Shown: positions 9,392-18,748 of the stretch, piece after piece
How positions within the stretch are numbered: the stretch's first letter is position 1
How the letters are laid out: each line of letters begins with the position of its first letter
Source of the DNA: Ferroglobus placidus DSM 10642
Lineage (GTDB): Archaea > Halobacteriota > Archaeoglobi > Archaeoglobales > Archaeoglobaceae
Length of the DNA stretch: 32,000 nucleotides
Reading direction: 5' to 3'
Assembly (NCBI RefSeq): GCF_000025505.1
Contig: NC_013849.1
Span: 300,001 to 332,000, forward strand
Translations under genes and position numbers: made by a program
The notes under the pieces: generated by a model
Seen by the model: the letters and a program-made list of their open reading frames with translations, nothing else
Told to the model about the DNA's origin: nothing
The model's database searches: none

Positions 9392-9786
9392 CACGCTTTT
9401 AATCTTAAACTCCTTATCCAGCTTTCTTCCCTTTCTAAACGCGTCATATTTTCTCAGAATCCATTAATAAAATTTATCGCACAATGTACGAGTTCGGAAA
9501 AGCTATCACGAGTAAGTGAAGGTTGATGGAATCTTCTCCTTTTATTAAAGTTTCAAGAGATGACCATTCCAAAAAATAAAAAAATAATCCTCTGGTCATC
9601 TCACTGGCGAACTTAGGTAGTTTAATTAACAACAGTGCTGGAGCTGCTCGCTTCAAGAGCTACAGCAAAGCTAACGAATTCAATCTTAAAAAATCTATTT
9701 TCTGCGATTTATGTGACCTTGTTGAAATTGCACGCCAAGGGTGAAACAACGCAGCTGTTTTATACCTCTTACCCAAACTTTCAGCG

Positions 9787-10554
9787 ATGGTAAAAATAGC
9801 CGTAGCTGGAAAAGGTGGAGTTGGAAAGACTACGATAGCTGCAGTTTTAGCTCACCTCTTCGCTAGAGACGGATACAACGTCACGGCGATAGACTGCGAC
9901 TCAGCTATGAATTTACCGACAGCTCTCGGAGTTAATAACGTTAAACCACTTTCCGAGCTTAAAGATATAATCGACGAAAGAGTTAGAGGTCCTTTTGGGA
10001 CTTATAAACTAAATCCGAAGGTTGACGACATCTTTGAGGCTTATTCCGTGAGAAACGAGGACGGAGTTAGGGTTCTCGTTTTGGGAACAATAGAAAAAGG
10101 TGGAGAAGGGTGTTTTTGCCCTGAAAACGCTTTTCTCAGAGCTATTCTGAGGCATGCTATATTCAGGGAGAAGGACGTCCTTATCATGGACATGGAAGCT
10201 GGTATAGAGCATCTTGGAAGGGGAACGGCGAAGGGAGTCGACCTTCTCTTAGCTGTCGTTGAGCCGGGGATGAGGAGTGTAGAAACGCTGAAAAGGATAG
10301 AAAAGCTCGGTGCTGACATAGGAATCACGAAAATTGGTGTAGTGGTAAATAAATACATAGAAAACGAGATGACGAGGAAGATTTTGGATAGGATAGACAA
10401 GCCGATAGTTGGCGTAATTCCCTACAGCGAATGTTTTATAAAAGCGGACATTCAGGGAATTCCTCCCTACAAGGTTTGCGATCTAAAACCTTTCGAGGAG
10501 CTGAAGAGTAAAATTCTCGAAATGATCGAAAATGAGGGTGGGAGTGGTTCTTAG
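9787..10554 (+). CDS. CooC-like P-loop ATPase (MinD/ParA family), nickel/metallocofactor-maturation type
   Basis: Deviant Walker A 'KGGVGKTTIAAVLAHLF', 'AIDCDSAMNLPTALG', 'EGCFCPENAFLRAIL' (CxC motif), 'VLIMDMEAGIEHLGRGTAKGVD'. Confidence 0.88.
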   Translation: MVKIAVAGKGGVGKTTIAAVLAHLFARDGYNVTAIDCDSAMNLPTALGVNNVKPLSELKDIIDERVRGPFGTYKLNPKVDDIFEAYSVRNEDGVRVLVLGTIEKGGEGCFCPENAFLRAILRHAIFREKDVLIMDMEAGIEHLGRGTAKGVDLLLAVVEPGMRSVETLKRIEKLGADIGITKIGVVVNKYIENEMTRKILDRIDKPIVGVIPYSECFIKADIQGIPPYKVCDLKPFEELKSKILEMIENEGGSGS

Positions 10555-11170
10555 AGGGAAGTACGGGAGAAGGGCTGCGAAAGAGATATCCGAATTCTTC
10601 GAGGTTTACACCTACGAGCTTCCCCAGAATTTACCGGAGATAATAGACGAGCCCGAGGAGCTGAATTTTCCCGACGAATTGTTTGAGTGCGACATAATAG
10701 TTAGCTACGCCCTACATCCGGATGTCAACTACGAGATAATCAGGAGGGCTGCCGGAAAAGTTAAGTACGTTCTTCTTCCCGGAGGGGCTAAAAGCGGATC
10801 TAAAAAGCAGCTTGAGGAACTCGGGAAAAAGTATGGTGTGAATGTTCTCGTGGAGAACATTTGCTGTGCGACGCCAAAAATAGACGATCCGGAGGTTAAA
10901 GAGTTCTTCGAAAAGTTCGGAATGCCGGAGTTTGAAATAGAGGTCGAGAACGGCGTGATAAAGTCTGTGAAAGTTAAGAGGAGTTCCATATGCGGTTCTT
11001 CTAAGTTTGTTGCGGAAAAACTTGTTGGAATGAGAGTCGATGAAGCTCCGGCTAAAGCTGGTTACTTCACTCAAATCTATCCGTGCTTCGCTTCTCGCGG
11101 CATAGACGGAAAAATTCATAGAGCAGCTCACATCCACAAGAGGCAGGTTGAAAAAGCTTTGAGAGGTTAG
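10532..11170 (+). CDS. DUF166 domain-containing protein
   Basis: 212 aa. 'SYALHPDVNYEIIRRAAGKVKYVLLPGG', 'VENICCATPKI', 'KVKRSSICGSSKFVAEKL', 'FTQIYPCFASRGIDGKIHRAAHIHKRQVEKAL' fit the archaeal DUF166 family from memory. It overlaps the CooC-like gene by 23 bp. Confidence 0.78.
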   Translation: MRVGVVLRGKYGRRAAKEISEFFEVYTYELPQNLPEIIDEPEELNFPDELFECDIIVSYALHPDVNYEIIRRAAGKVKYVLLPGGAKSGSKKQLEELGKKYGVNVLVENICCATPKIDDPEVKEFFEKFGMPEFEIEVENGVIKSVKVKRSSICGSSKFVAEKLVGMRVDEAPAKAGYFTQIYPCFASRGIDGKIHRAAHIHKRQVEKALRG

Positions 11171-11200
11171 TATTTTAATCCCGAACTCGAAGGAGGGAGT

Positions 11201-12294
<1,094 letters not shown>

Positions 12295-13395
12295 TCACGA
12301 GTAAGCCTCCTCCCCGTGCTGGGAAATGTCCAATCCCACGTACTCCTCTTCTTCGCTCACCCTCAATCCTGTAACTACGTCAACGACCTTGGCTATTATG
12401 TAAGTTACAGCGAAGGCGTAAATTATCGTTACAGTCACAGCCACAAGCTGGGGAATGAACTTTCCGTTGAATATTCCGAGCATTAACATTCCTATCGCTC
12501 CTCCAACTCCGTGTATCGCCCAAGCGTCAAGGCTTTCGTCGATTTTCTTTTTAACTCTGTAAACCATCGCATAGTAGCAGAGAACTCCGGCGACGACTCC
12601 TATAACTATTGACTGCCAGATCGTAACGAAGCCAGCTGCTGGAGTTATGGAAGCGAGTCCAGCTATCGCTCCCGTAACAAAGGCTAATGAACCAACTCTT
12701 CCGCTTCTCAAGCTTATCAAAAGCCAAACCAAAGCTCCAGTTGCGGCGGCTGTGTTCGTGACTATAACTGCCCTAACAGCAGTTTCGTTTACCGCCAAAG
12801 AGCTTCCTCCGTTAAATCCGAACCATCCGAACCAGAGCAATCCAGCTCCGAGTAAAGTCATTGGAACGTTGTGAGCTTTGATATCATGCTCCCCATAACC
12901 AGCCCTATTTCCGAGAGCTAATGCGAGAGCCAATGCACCGAACCCCGAGCTAATGTGAACAACAGCCCCTCCGGCAAAGTCCAAAGCTCCGAGCTTTGCG
13001 AGCCATCCGTTACCCCACAGCCATTTTGCGAAGGGATCGTAAACGAAGGTCGTCCAGAGCAGTCCGAAGAGAACAAATGAGGAGAATTTCATTCTCTCTG
13101 CAGCAGCGCTGGTTATAATCGCGAGAGTGATAGCCGCGAAAGTTAGTTGATAAAAAGCGAAGAGATCTTCGGGCATTGGGGAGGGAAATCCAATGAAATC
13201 ACTCCCATCTCCGAAAGATAAGCTGTAACCGAAGAGAACCCACTGCAAACTGACGATAACGTAGGAAACTAGTGAAAGCATTATCATGTTTACAGCGTTC
13301 TTCCTTCTTACCATTCCAGCGTAGAACAGAGCGAGTCCAGGAACCATCAGCATTACTAAAGCTGCCGAGGTCAGTATCCAGCCGTTCGGCTCCAT
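12295..13395 (-). CDS. amt: Ammonium transporter
   Basis: 366 aa multi-TM. '[22 protein letters not shown]', '[18 protein letters not shown]...[14 protein letters not shown]', '[10 protein letters not shown]', '[14 protein letters not shown]'. Confidence 0.97.
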   Translation of the reverse strand: MEPNGWILTSAALVMLMVPGLALFYAGMVRRKNAVNMIMLSLVSYVIVSLQWVLFGYSLSFGDGSDFIGFPSPMPEDLFAFYQLTFAAITLAIITSAAAERMKFSSFVLFGLLWTTFVYDPFAKWLWGNGWLAKLGALDFAGGAVVHISSGFGALALALALGNRAGYGEHDIKAHNVPMTLLGAGLLWFGWFGFNGGSSLAVNETAVRAVIVTNTAAATGALVWLLISLRSGRVGSLAFVTGAIAGLASITPAAGFVTIWQSIVIGVVAGVLCYYAMVYRVKKKIDESLDAWAIHGVGGAIGMLMLGIFNGKFIPQLVAVTVTIIYAFAVTYIIAKVVDVVTGLRVSEEEEYVGLDISQHGEEAYS

Positions 13396-13477
13396 GAGGT
13401 GCGATTTTTTGGAGTGTACTTAAAAATATTTAAGAATAGTGCTTAAAATTTATGAAACCTTCACAAAATTGGAAAAA

Positions 13478-13498
13478 TTTCTAAAAATTTTTTAGAAA
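13478..13498 (-). terminator. AT-rich perfect dyad just after the hsp20 stop codon, possible terminator
   Basis: tttctaaaaa-t-tttttagaaa: 10-bp perfect arms with a 1-nt centre, starting 5 nt beyond the stop codon at 13503. T-rich sequence follows in the transcribed direction. Confidence 0.35.
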
Positions 13499-13502
13499 AC
13501 AC

Positions 13503-13916
13503 TCACTCTATTTTGATCACTTTCTTCTCCTTCTCCACCTTCGGAATGATTATCTCGAGAACACCGTTGTTGTACTTCGCTGAAATCTTGTCCACATCTA
13601 TTTCACTCGGCAGCGAGACTCTCCTGTAAACTTCTCCGTATCTTCTCTCTTTCCTTATGAAGTTCTTGCCTTCCTCTTCTTTCTCTTCCTTTCTTTCCGC
13701 TTTTATCACGAGATCCCCGTCTTCCACGTAGACGTTTATGTCTTCTTTGTTGAATCCTGGCAAGTCGACGACGACTCTGTACTTGTCCCCTTCGTCTATA
13801 ACGTCAAGCGGAGCCGTTAGTTCTCTCTCGAAAGCAAATCTGTCAAACTCTTCGAGCAGTCTACTCATTCTTTCCTGCATCCTCCTCAGCTCCTCGAACG
13901 GGTCGAAGAATCTCAT
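13503..13916 (-). CDS. Small heat shock protein, Hsp20/alpha-crystallin family
   Basis: 137 aa. 'FAFERELTAPLDVIDEGDKYRVVVDLPGFNKEDINVYVEDGDLVIKAERK...YRRVSLPSEIDVDKISAKYNNGVLEIIIPK'. Confidence 0.97.
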   Translation of the reverse strand: MRFFDPFEELRRMQERMSRLLEEFDRFAFERELTAPLDVIDEGDKYRVVVDLPGFNKEDINVYVEDGDLVIKAERKEEKEEEGKNFIRKERRYGEVYRRVSLPSEIDVDKISAKYNNGVLEIIIPKVEKEKKVIKIE

Positions 13917-13939
13917 TCACATCACCTCCTTAACTTTGC

Positions 13940-13962
13940 AATCCTAACTTTAAGTTAGGATT
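13940..13962. promoter_or_regulatory. Putative heat-shock operator (HSR1-type CTAAC-N5-GTTAG palindrome) in the hsp20 promoter
   Basis: AATCCTAACTT-T-AAGTTAGGATT is a perfect 11-bp inverted repeat. The core CTAAC TTTAA GTTAG matches the motif reported for the Archaeoglobus fulgidus heat-shock regulator. It lies between a TATA-like TTTAAATAT (minus strand, about 13966-13974) and the AAGGAGGTG RBS. Confidence 0.8.
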
Positions 13963-14054
13963 CTTGATATTTAAACTTTTCGCTAAAAAATGAGTTATGG
14001 TATTCAGTTGATGCGGAAGTAAACGCTATAAGTAACGGTGCCATCCTATCGCAA

Positions 14055-14933
14055 GTGAGCAAGGTTTACTTCGCATTCCTTTCAGCTGCTCTCGGAGTTT
14101 TAATAGGAAGACTTACCGACTTTCCGGTGGAAAACCAGAAACTCCTTTCTGGGATAATAACTGTCCTCGTCTTCCTTACGATTTTCCCGGCTATGATAGG
14201 ATTTAGGTTTGGGAGAATCAGAGAGCTAAAGCTGTCTCCTCTTGTAGCCTCCTTTATACTGAACTTTATCTGGAGCCCTCTTTTCGCTTTTGCTCTCGTT
14301 AAACTTCTTGAAAATGAATTAGCTTTCAGCGTCGCAGCCGCAATTTTGTTCCCTTGCCCGAGCATGAATGCGGCGTACGTTCTCCTTTCTGGAGGAAATT
14401 TGGAAGTTTCTACGGCGATAATGGGCATAAATTTTGTGGTTGGTGCCGCTCTGTATCCGTTTCTCCTAAATTTTGTGGCTAAAGAAGCCAACTATAAAAT
14501 TCCGGTAAGTCAGGTAGCTGTGAGCATATTTGCGGTAGTTTTTCTTCCCGTTGTCGTCGGGAAGATCGTGAGCAGAATTTACCAGCCGAGTGAGAAGGTG
14601 AGGAGAGATCTAACTGAAATTAGTCTTAACGGGCTCGTTTTTACTGTATTTTTCACGAAATCCCATGAGATAAACCTTGTCGAGGTTTTCTCGATTTTGC
14701 CAATTTCGATAGCATTTCTCCTCTCGACGATTCTCTTAGCTGAGGCGATCTCAAAACTTTTGAGAATGAAAAGAGAAGAGCATTTGTCGTACGTATTTCT
14801 AACTGCCGGAAAAAATAACTCGACCGTCATAGCGGTATTAACGCTTTCAGGCAAGTATCACTTGGCGGTATACGTTATGATCCACCAGTTCGTTCAAATC
14901 CTCACTCTGCTGCTTTACTCGAAGAAGAGATAA
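14055..14933 (+). CDS. BASS/ACR3-like (bile acid:sodium symporter superfamily) membrane transporter
   Basis: 292 aa, about 9-10 hydrophobic segments. 'SAAILFPCPSMNAAYVLLSGGNLEVSTAIMGINFVVGAALYPF' and 'AGKNNSTVIAVL' resemble the paired motifs of this superfamily. Confidence 0.7.
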   Translation: MSKVYFAFLSAALGVLIGRLTDFPVENQKLLSGIITVLVFLTIFPAMIGFRFGRIRELKLSPLVASFILNFIWSPLFAFALVKLLENELAFSVAAAILFPCPSMNAAYVLLSGGNLEVSTAIMGINFVVGAALYPFLLNFVAKEANYKIPVSQVAVSIFAVVFLPVVVGKIVSRIYQPSEKVRRDLTEISLNGLVFTVFFTKSHEINLVEVFSILPISIAFLLSTILLAEAISKLLRMKREEHLSYVFLTAGKNNSTVIAVLTLSGKYHLAVYVMIHQFVQILTLLLYSKKR

Positions 14934-14963
14934 AGTTATTTAATCCCGTGTATTTCATCCAGC

Positions 14964-15143
14964 ATGAAACGCATAGTCGTCAACAGGTACAAATGCGCTT
15001 ACTGTGGAGCTTGCGTTTCTGTCTGCAAGTTTGATGCGAACGAGCTCGTGGAAACTTACCTTGAAATTTATCCAGACAAGTGCACTCTCTGCATGGTTTG
15101 CGTTAAAACTTGTCCGATGGGTGCCTTAGAGGTGGTGGAATGA
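14964..15143 (+). CDS. Small 2x[4Fe-4S] ferredoxin (59 aa)
   Basis: My own translation (not in the ORF track): [59 protein letters not shown]. Two CxxCxxCxxxC motifs. It overlaps the next gene by 4 bp. Confidence 0.93.
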   Translation: MKRIVVNRYKCAYCGACVSVCKFDANELVETYLEIYPDKCTLCMVCVKTCPMGALEVVE

Positions 15144-16312
15144 CCGATTATGACGTCGTTGTGGTTGGAGCCGGACCTGGAGGAAGCATAGCGGCAAAAA
15201 CGGCTGCCGAAAAAGGTTTAGACGTCTTGCTAATAGAGAAAAGGCAAGAAATAGGAGTTCCGGTTAGATGCGCCGAGGGAGTTAGTAAAGAGGATCTTGA
15301 AAAATTCGTAGAGCCAGACAAAAGGTGGATAGCTGCCGAAATTGAAAAAGCTTGGATATTTTCTCCGGACGAAACAAAAGTTGAGCTTTCCGCCGAGAAA
15401 GCCGGAAATGAGGTGGGATACGTTCTTGAAAGAAAAATATTCGACCGACATCTTGCGAGACTCGCTTCGAAGGCTGGAGCAGAAGTTAGGGTGAAAACGT
15501 CGGCTGTAGGTTTGAAGCGGGAGAATGGAATAGTGAAGCTGAAAATCAGGAGTTTGGGAAAAGAGGAGGAGATAACGACGAAGATTGTCATAGGAGCGGA
15601 CGGAATAGAAAGTAAAGTGGGAAAGTGGGCTGGTATTGACACGACTTTAAAGCTCGGCGAAATCGAGAGCTGCGTTCAGTACTTGATGACTAACATAGAA
15701 TTTGAAAGCGACGTCACTTACTTCTGGGTGGGAAAAAGGTTCGCTCCGGGCGGCTACATCTGGCTCTTTCCTAAAGGGGATGACGCAGCCAACGTTGGCA
15801 TAGGAGTGATGCCGAGCATTGCGGAGAAGAAAGCCAAGGAATATCTCGACGATTTCGTAAGGAAGAAGTTTCCGGATGGAGAGATAGTCGAGGTTGTTGT
15901 TGGAGGAGTTCCTGTCAGCGGAGGTTTAAAGAGCGCTGTATCTGACAACGTCATGCTCGTCGGAGATGCGGCGAGGTTTGCCGATCCAATTACCGGAGGA
16001 GGAATAATAAACGCTATGAAGTCCGGCTACTACGCTGGAATTACCGCATACGAGGCGGTGGTTGAAGAGGACTACTCTGCTAAATTTTTGAAAAAATACG
16101 ACGAGAGGTGGAAGAAAGATTTTGGAAAGAAGCTCGAGAGAAACAAGAAGATTCAGGAAAAGCTACTGAAGATGGACGACGAAACGTTCAACAAAATCGC
16201 TAAAAGCCTTGAGGGTATGAGAATAGAGGAGTTCAGCGTGAAGAGACTTGTGCTCGAAATTTTCAAGAAGTATCCGAAGCTGTTCTGGGATATGAAGGAT
16301 CTGATTTTTTAA
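15140..16312 (+). CDS. Geranylgeranyl reductase family FAD protein (digeranylgeranylglycerophospholipid reductase-like)
   Basis: Start adjusted to ATG 15140. '[53 protein letters not shown]' and '[30 protein letters not shown]' are hallmarks of the family. Confidence 0.95.
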   Translation: MTDYDVVVVGAGPGGSIAAKTAAEKGLDVLLIEKRQEIGVPVRCAEGVSKEDLEKFVEPDKRWIAAEIEKAWIFSPDETKVELSAEKAGNEVGYVLERKIFDRHLARLASKAGAEVRVKTSAVGLKRENGIVKLKIRSLGKEEEITTKIVIGADGIESKVGKWAGIDTTLKLGEIESCVQYLMTNIEFESDVTYFWVGKRFAPGGYIWLFPKGDDAANVGIGVMPSIAEKKAKEYLDDFVRKKFPDGEIVEVVVGGVPVSGGLKSAVSDNVMLVGDAARFADPITGGGIINAMKSGYYAGITAYEAVVEEDYSAKFLKKYDERWKKDFGKKLERNKKIQEKLLKMDDETFNKIAKSLEGMRIEEFSVKRLVLEIFKKYPKLFWDMKDLIF

Positions 16313-17130
16313 CTCGTCAGCTTGAAATAAATCTCCTCAAGCCTCGGAACGAGGGTTTCGATATCCTCTATTTTTCCCCCGCTATCGACGATTCTTTTTA
16401 TCTCTCTATTCAAGTCTTCGACGCTCTCGAAAGTCTCTTCGAAAGTTTCTCCGTTCAGGGAGTATCTTAGCCTGTAACTCTTCATCAAATCCCTAAGCTC
16501 CTCAATTTCGCCGTAGTAAATCGACTTTCCTCTCTTCATTATTAAAATTTTGCTGCAGGTGGCTTCAACGTAGTACAGATTGTGGGCAGAGAAGATTATG
16601 GCTTTATCTTTCATGTTTCTGATCATTTCAGAGACTGAGAGGGAAGTTGACGGATCTAAGCCAGAGATAGGTTCGTCGTAGATGAGTATTTCCGGATCGT
16701 GAATTAGGGTTCTGCAAATCGACAACTTTCGCTTCATACCTTTGGAAAAAGTCCCTACCATCCTGTCCTTCGGAAGCTCGAACAGTTCGAGGAGAAAGTT
16801 TACTCTTTCTTTGTTCACTCCGTATATCGAAGCGAAAAGGCTGAGGTACTCGTTGGGATACAAATTCTCGTAGAGGGCGTCAAATTCGGGCAAAAAGCCG
16901 ATTTTCTTTTTTATTTCGACCCCCCACTCTTCCAGTTTTTTTCCGAAGTAGTAAATTTCCCCTGAAGTTTTTTCGATTAATCCGGCTAAAATTTTGAGCG
17001 TCGTCGTTTTTCCAGCTCCGTTTTCTCCTATAATCCCGAGAATTTCTCCCTTTGAGACTTCAAAACTCAAATTATCCACAGCCACAAAGCTACCGTAAAC
17101 TTTTCTAAGATTTTCGACGACAACCTCCAC
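16309..17130 (-). CDS. ABC transporter ATP-binding protein
   Basis: Walker A '[13 protein letters not shown]', signature '[16 protein letters not shown]', Walker B '[12 protein letters not shown]', H-loop 'IFSAHNL'. Confidence 0.95.
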   Translation of the reverse strand: MEVVVENLRKVYGSFVAVDNLSFEVSKGEILGIIGENGAGKTTTLKILAGLIEKTSGEIYYFGKKLEEWGVEIKKKIGFLPEFDALYENLYPNEYLSLFASIYGVNKERVNFLLELFELPKDRMVGTFSKGMKRKLSICRTLIHDPEILIYDEPISGLDPSTSLSVSEMIRNMKDKAIIFSAHNLYYVEATCSKILIMKRGKSIYYGEIEELRDLMKSYRLRYSLNGETFEETFESVEDLNREIKRIVDSGGKIEDIETLVPRLEEIYFKLTS

Positions 17131-17176
17131 ACCTATCGAGGAAAACTAATTAATAAAAACGTTGCGTGCATAAGCT

Positions 17177-18748
17177 ATGCTTTCCAGCTTCGAGCTGAAG
17201 AAGCTCAGGAGAAAAGGCTCCGCAAAACCAATCTATTTTGCAATAATTTTCGCTGTGCTTTCTTTTTACGCATCCCTTCATCTCGGTATCCAGTCCTCTC
17301 ACGCTATCTACACTTACAAATCTTCGGAAAAGATCGAAAGTCCGCTGTTCGTTGAAGGAGAAAATCCTGACATAGAAATTGTGGGTTACGACGTTTACAT
17401 AACAGGAGATGAGAAATCGATCGCAGCTTTAGATGACTACGTGAAGTATTTGGATGAGAAGTATACGAGAATGCTTGAAGAGAAGTACGGAGTTAAGGCT
17501 TTTCCTGTTTTTGTTTATCCGGTTTACGTCAAAAGGGAACTCACGCCAACGTTCGAAAGAAAAGCTCCCGTCGCAGAGAAAGAAGAAGAAAAGGTTGAGC
17601 AGGTTATTAAGACTCCTCCACCGAAGATAGAAGAAATTGTTAAAAAAGAAGAGAGGAAGGAAGAGAAAAATATTCTGCAAGAAATTGGGAGGGTGACGAA
17701 AAAGGAGAGCGATTTTGTCACTCCAGAGAACTTTAAGCCTCCTTCACTCATCGACAAAATCGTAGCTGGCTTCATCTTCGTAATTCCGGCTTACTTCGTC
17801 ATGCAAGCTTACACGTCCTCGCTTCTCGAAGACGTAAGGAGCCGTAGAATAGAAATTCTCCTAACTCTGCCGAAAAGCAGGCAAAGAATTCTTATAGAGA
17901 TTCTCTTACCGTATCTAATTTTTTCGCTACTGATTCTCCTTCTCCTTTCGGCAATTTTTAGGGTTAACGCAATTCTATTTGTCTTTCCGGTTATAATTTT
18001 CATGTTCTTTTTGCAAACTTTTCTCTCTCTATCCTCGAGGAGCTACAGAGAGGCTACATTTCTTCTCCTTGCGTCCAACCTCTTCGTCACTTCCTACCTA
18101 TTCCTTCCGGCAATTTTCACTGGGTTGCCTCTAAGCGAGATTTCTCCAATCACGTACTTTTTGAAGAGTTTTGAAGAGAGCGTAAGTTTAGTCGACACTC
18201 TCTTTTCAATGCTGCCAATTTTGATTCTCGCATCTTTCCTCTTCATCCTGAGCTCGAACGCTTTAACTCCGGAGATAATTTATTCCTATTCGAGCATCGG
18301 TGAAAAATTTATCCAATCTCTCGGAAAGCTTACTAAAAATCCGGTTGGAGTATCTTTCACGGGAATTTCTCTTGTTTCAGCTGCTTTGATAATCGAGTTC
18401 TTCTTGCTGTTCATAGCAACAACTTTCTTTTATCCGATTCTCTTCCTCCTAGCCTTCTTCGCTTTATTTGAGGAGATTTTGAAGTGCAGCGCGATAGAGT
18501 CCAATCCGAGACTTACAACAGCAATAATCCTTCCGATCTCGTTTTTCTCTTTCGAAAAATTCTTGCTGCTGTGGAGCGTGCTTTCAAAGTACGGAGAACT
18601 TCTCCTCGGATCTTTCCTTCTCTTACCTCTCTTCGCTCATCTGGCTTCTTCCCTCTCCTTCTACTTTACCAGAAAGCTCGGATTTAAAGTAGCTCTCTTC
18701 ACAGCTTTCGCTATCCACTTCGCATACAATGCGGTGGTGGCGCTATGA
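17177..18748 (+). CDS. ABC-2 type transporter permease with a large predicted extracytoplasmic insertion
   Basis: 523 aa. TM1 'PIYFAIIFAVLSFYASLHLGI', then a charged region of about 190 aa, then multiple TM segments preceded by 'EDVRSRRIEILLTLPKSRQRILIEILLPYLIF', typical of ABC-2 permeases. Confidence 0.85.
   Translation: MLSSFELKKLRRKGSAKPIYFAIIFAVLSFYASLHLGIQSSHAIYTYKSSEKIESPLFVEGENPDIEIVGYDVYITGDEKSIAALDDYVKYLDEKYTRMLEEKYGVKAFPVFVYPVYVKRELTPTFERKAPVAEKEEEKVEQVIKTPPPKIEEIVKKEERKEEKNILQEIGRVTKKESDFVTPENFKPPSLIDKIVAGFIFVIPAYFVMQAYTSSLLEDVRSRRIEILLTLPKSRQRILIEILLPYLIFSLLILLLLSAIFRVNAILFVFPVIIFMFFLQTFLSLSSRSYREATFLLLASNLFVTSYLFLPAIFTGLPLSEISPITYFLKSFEESVSLVDTLFSMLPILILASFLFILSSNALTPEIIYSYSSIGEKFIQSLGKLTKNPVGVSFTGISLVSAALIIEFFLLFIATTFFYPILFLLAFFALFEEILKCSAIESNPRLTTAIILPISFFSFEKFLLLWSVLSKYGELLLGSFLLLPLFAHLASSLSFYFTRKLGFKVALFTAFAIHFAYNAVVAL

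Noticed and set aside
9474-9656. 60-aa minus-strand ORF in the AT-rich gap
   Set aside because: Short, no motifs, no convincing RBS. More likely chance than a real gene.
13478-13498. AT dyad as an amt operator
   Set aside because: It sits immediately after the hsp20 stop and about 80 bp from the amt start, and AT-only stems arise easily. Read as a possible terminator only, without a regulatory claim.
15148-15642. 164-aa minus-strand ORF inside the geranylgeranyl reductase gene
   Set aside because: Ser/Pro/Thr-rich antisense shadow of a well-supported gene.
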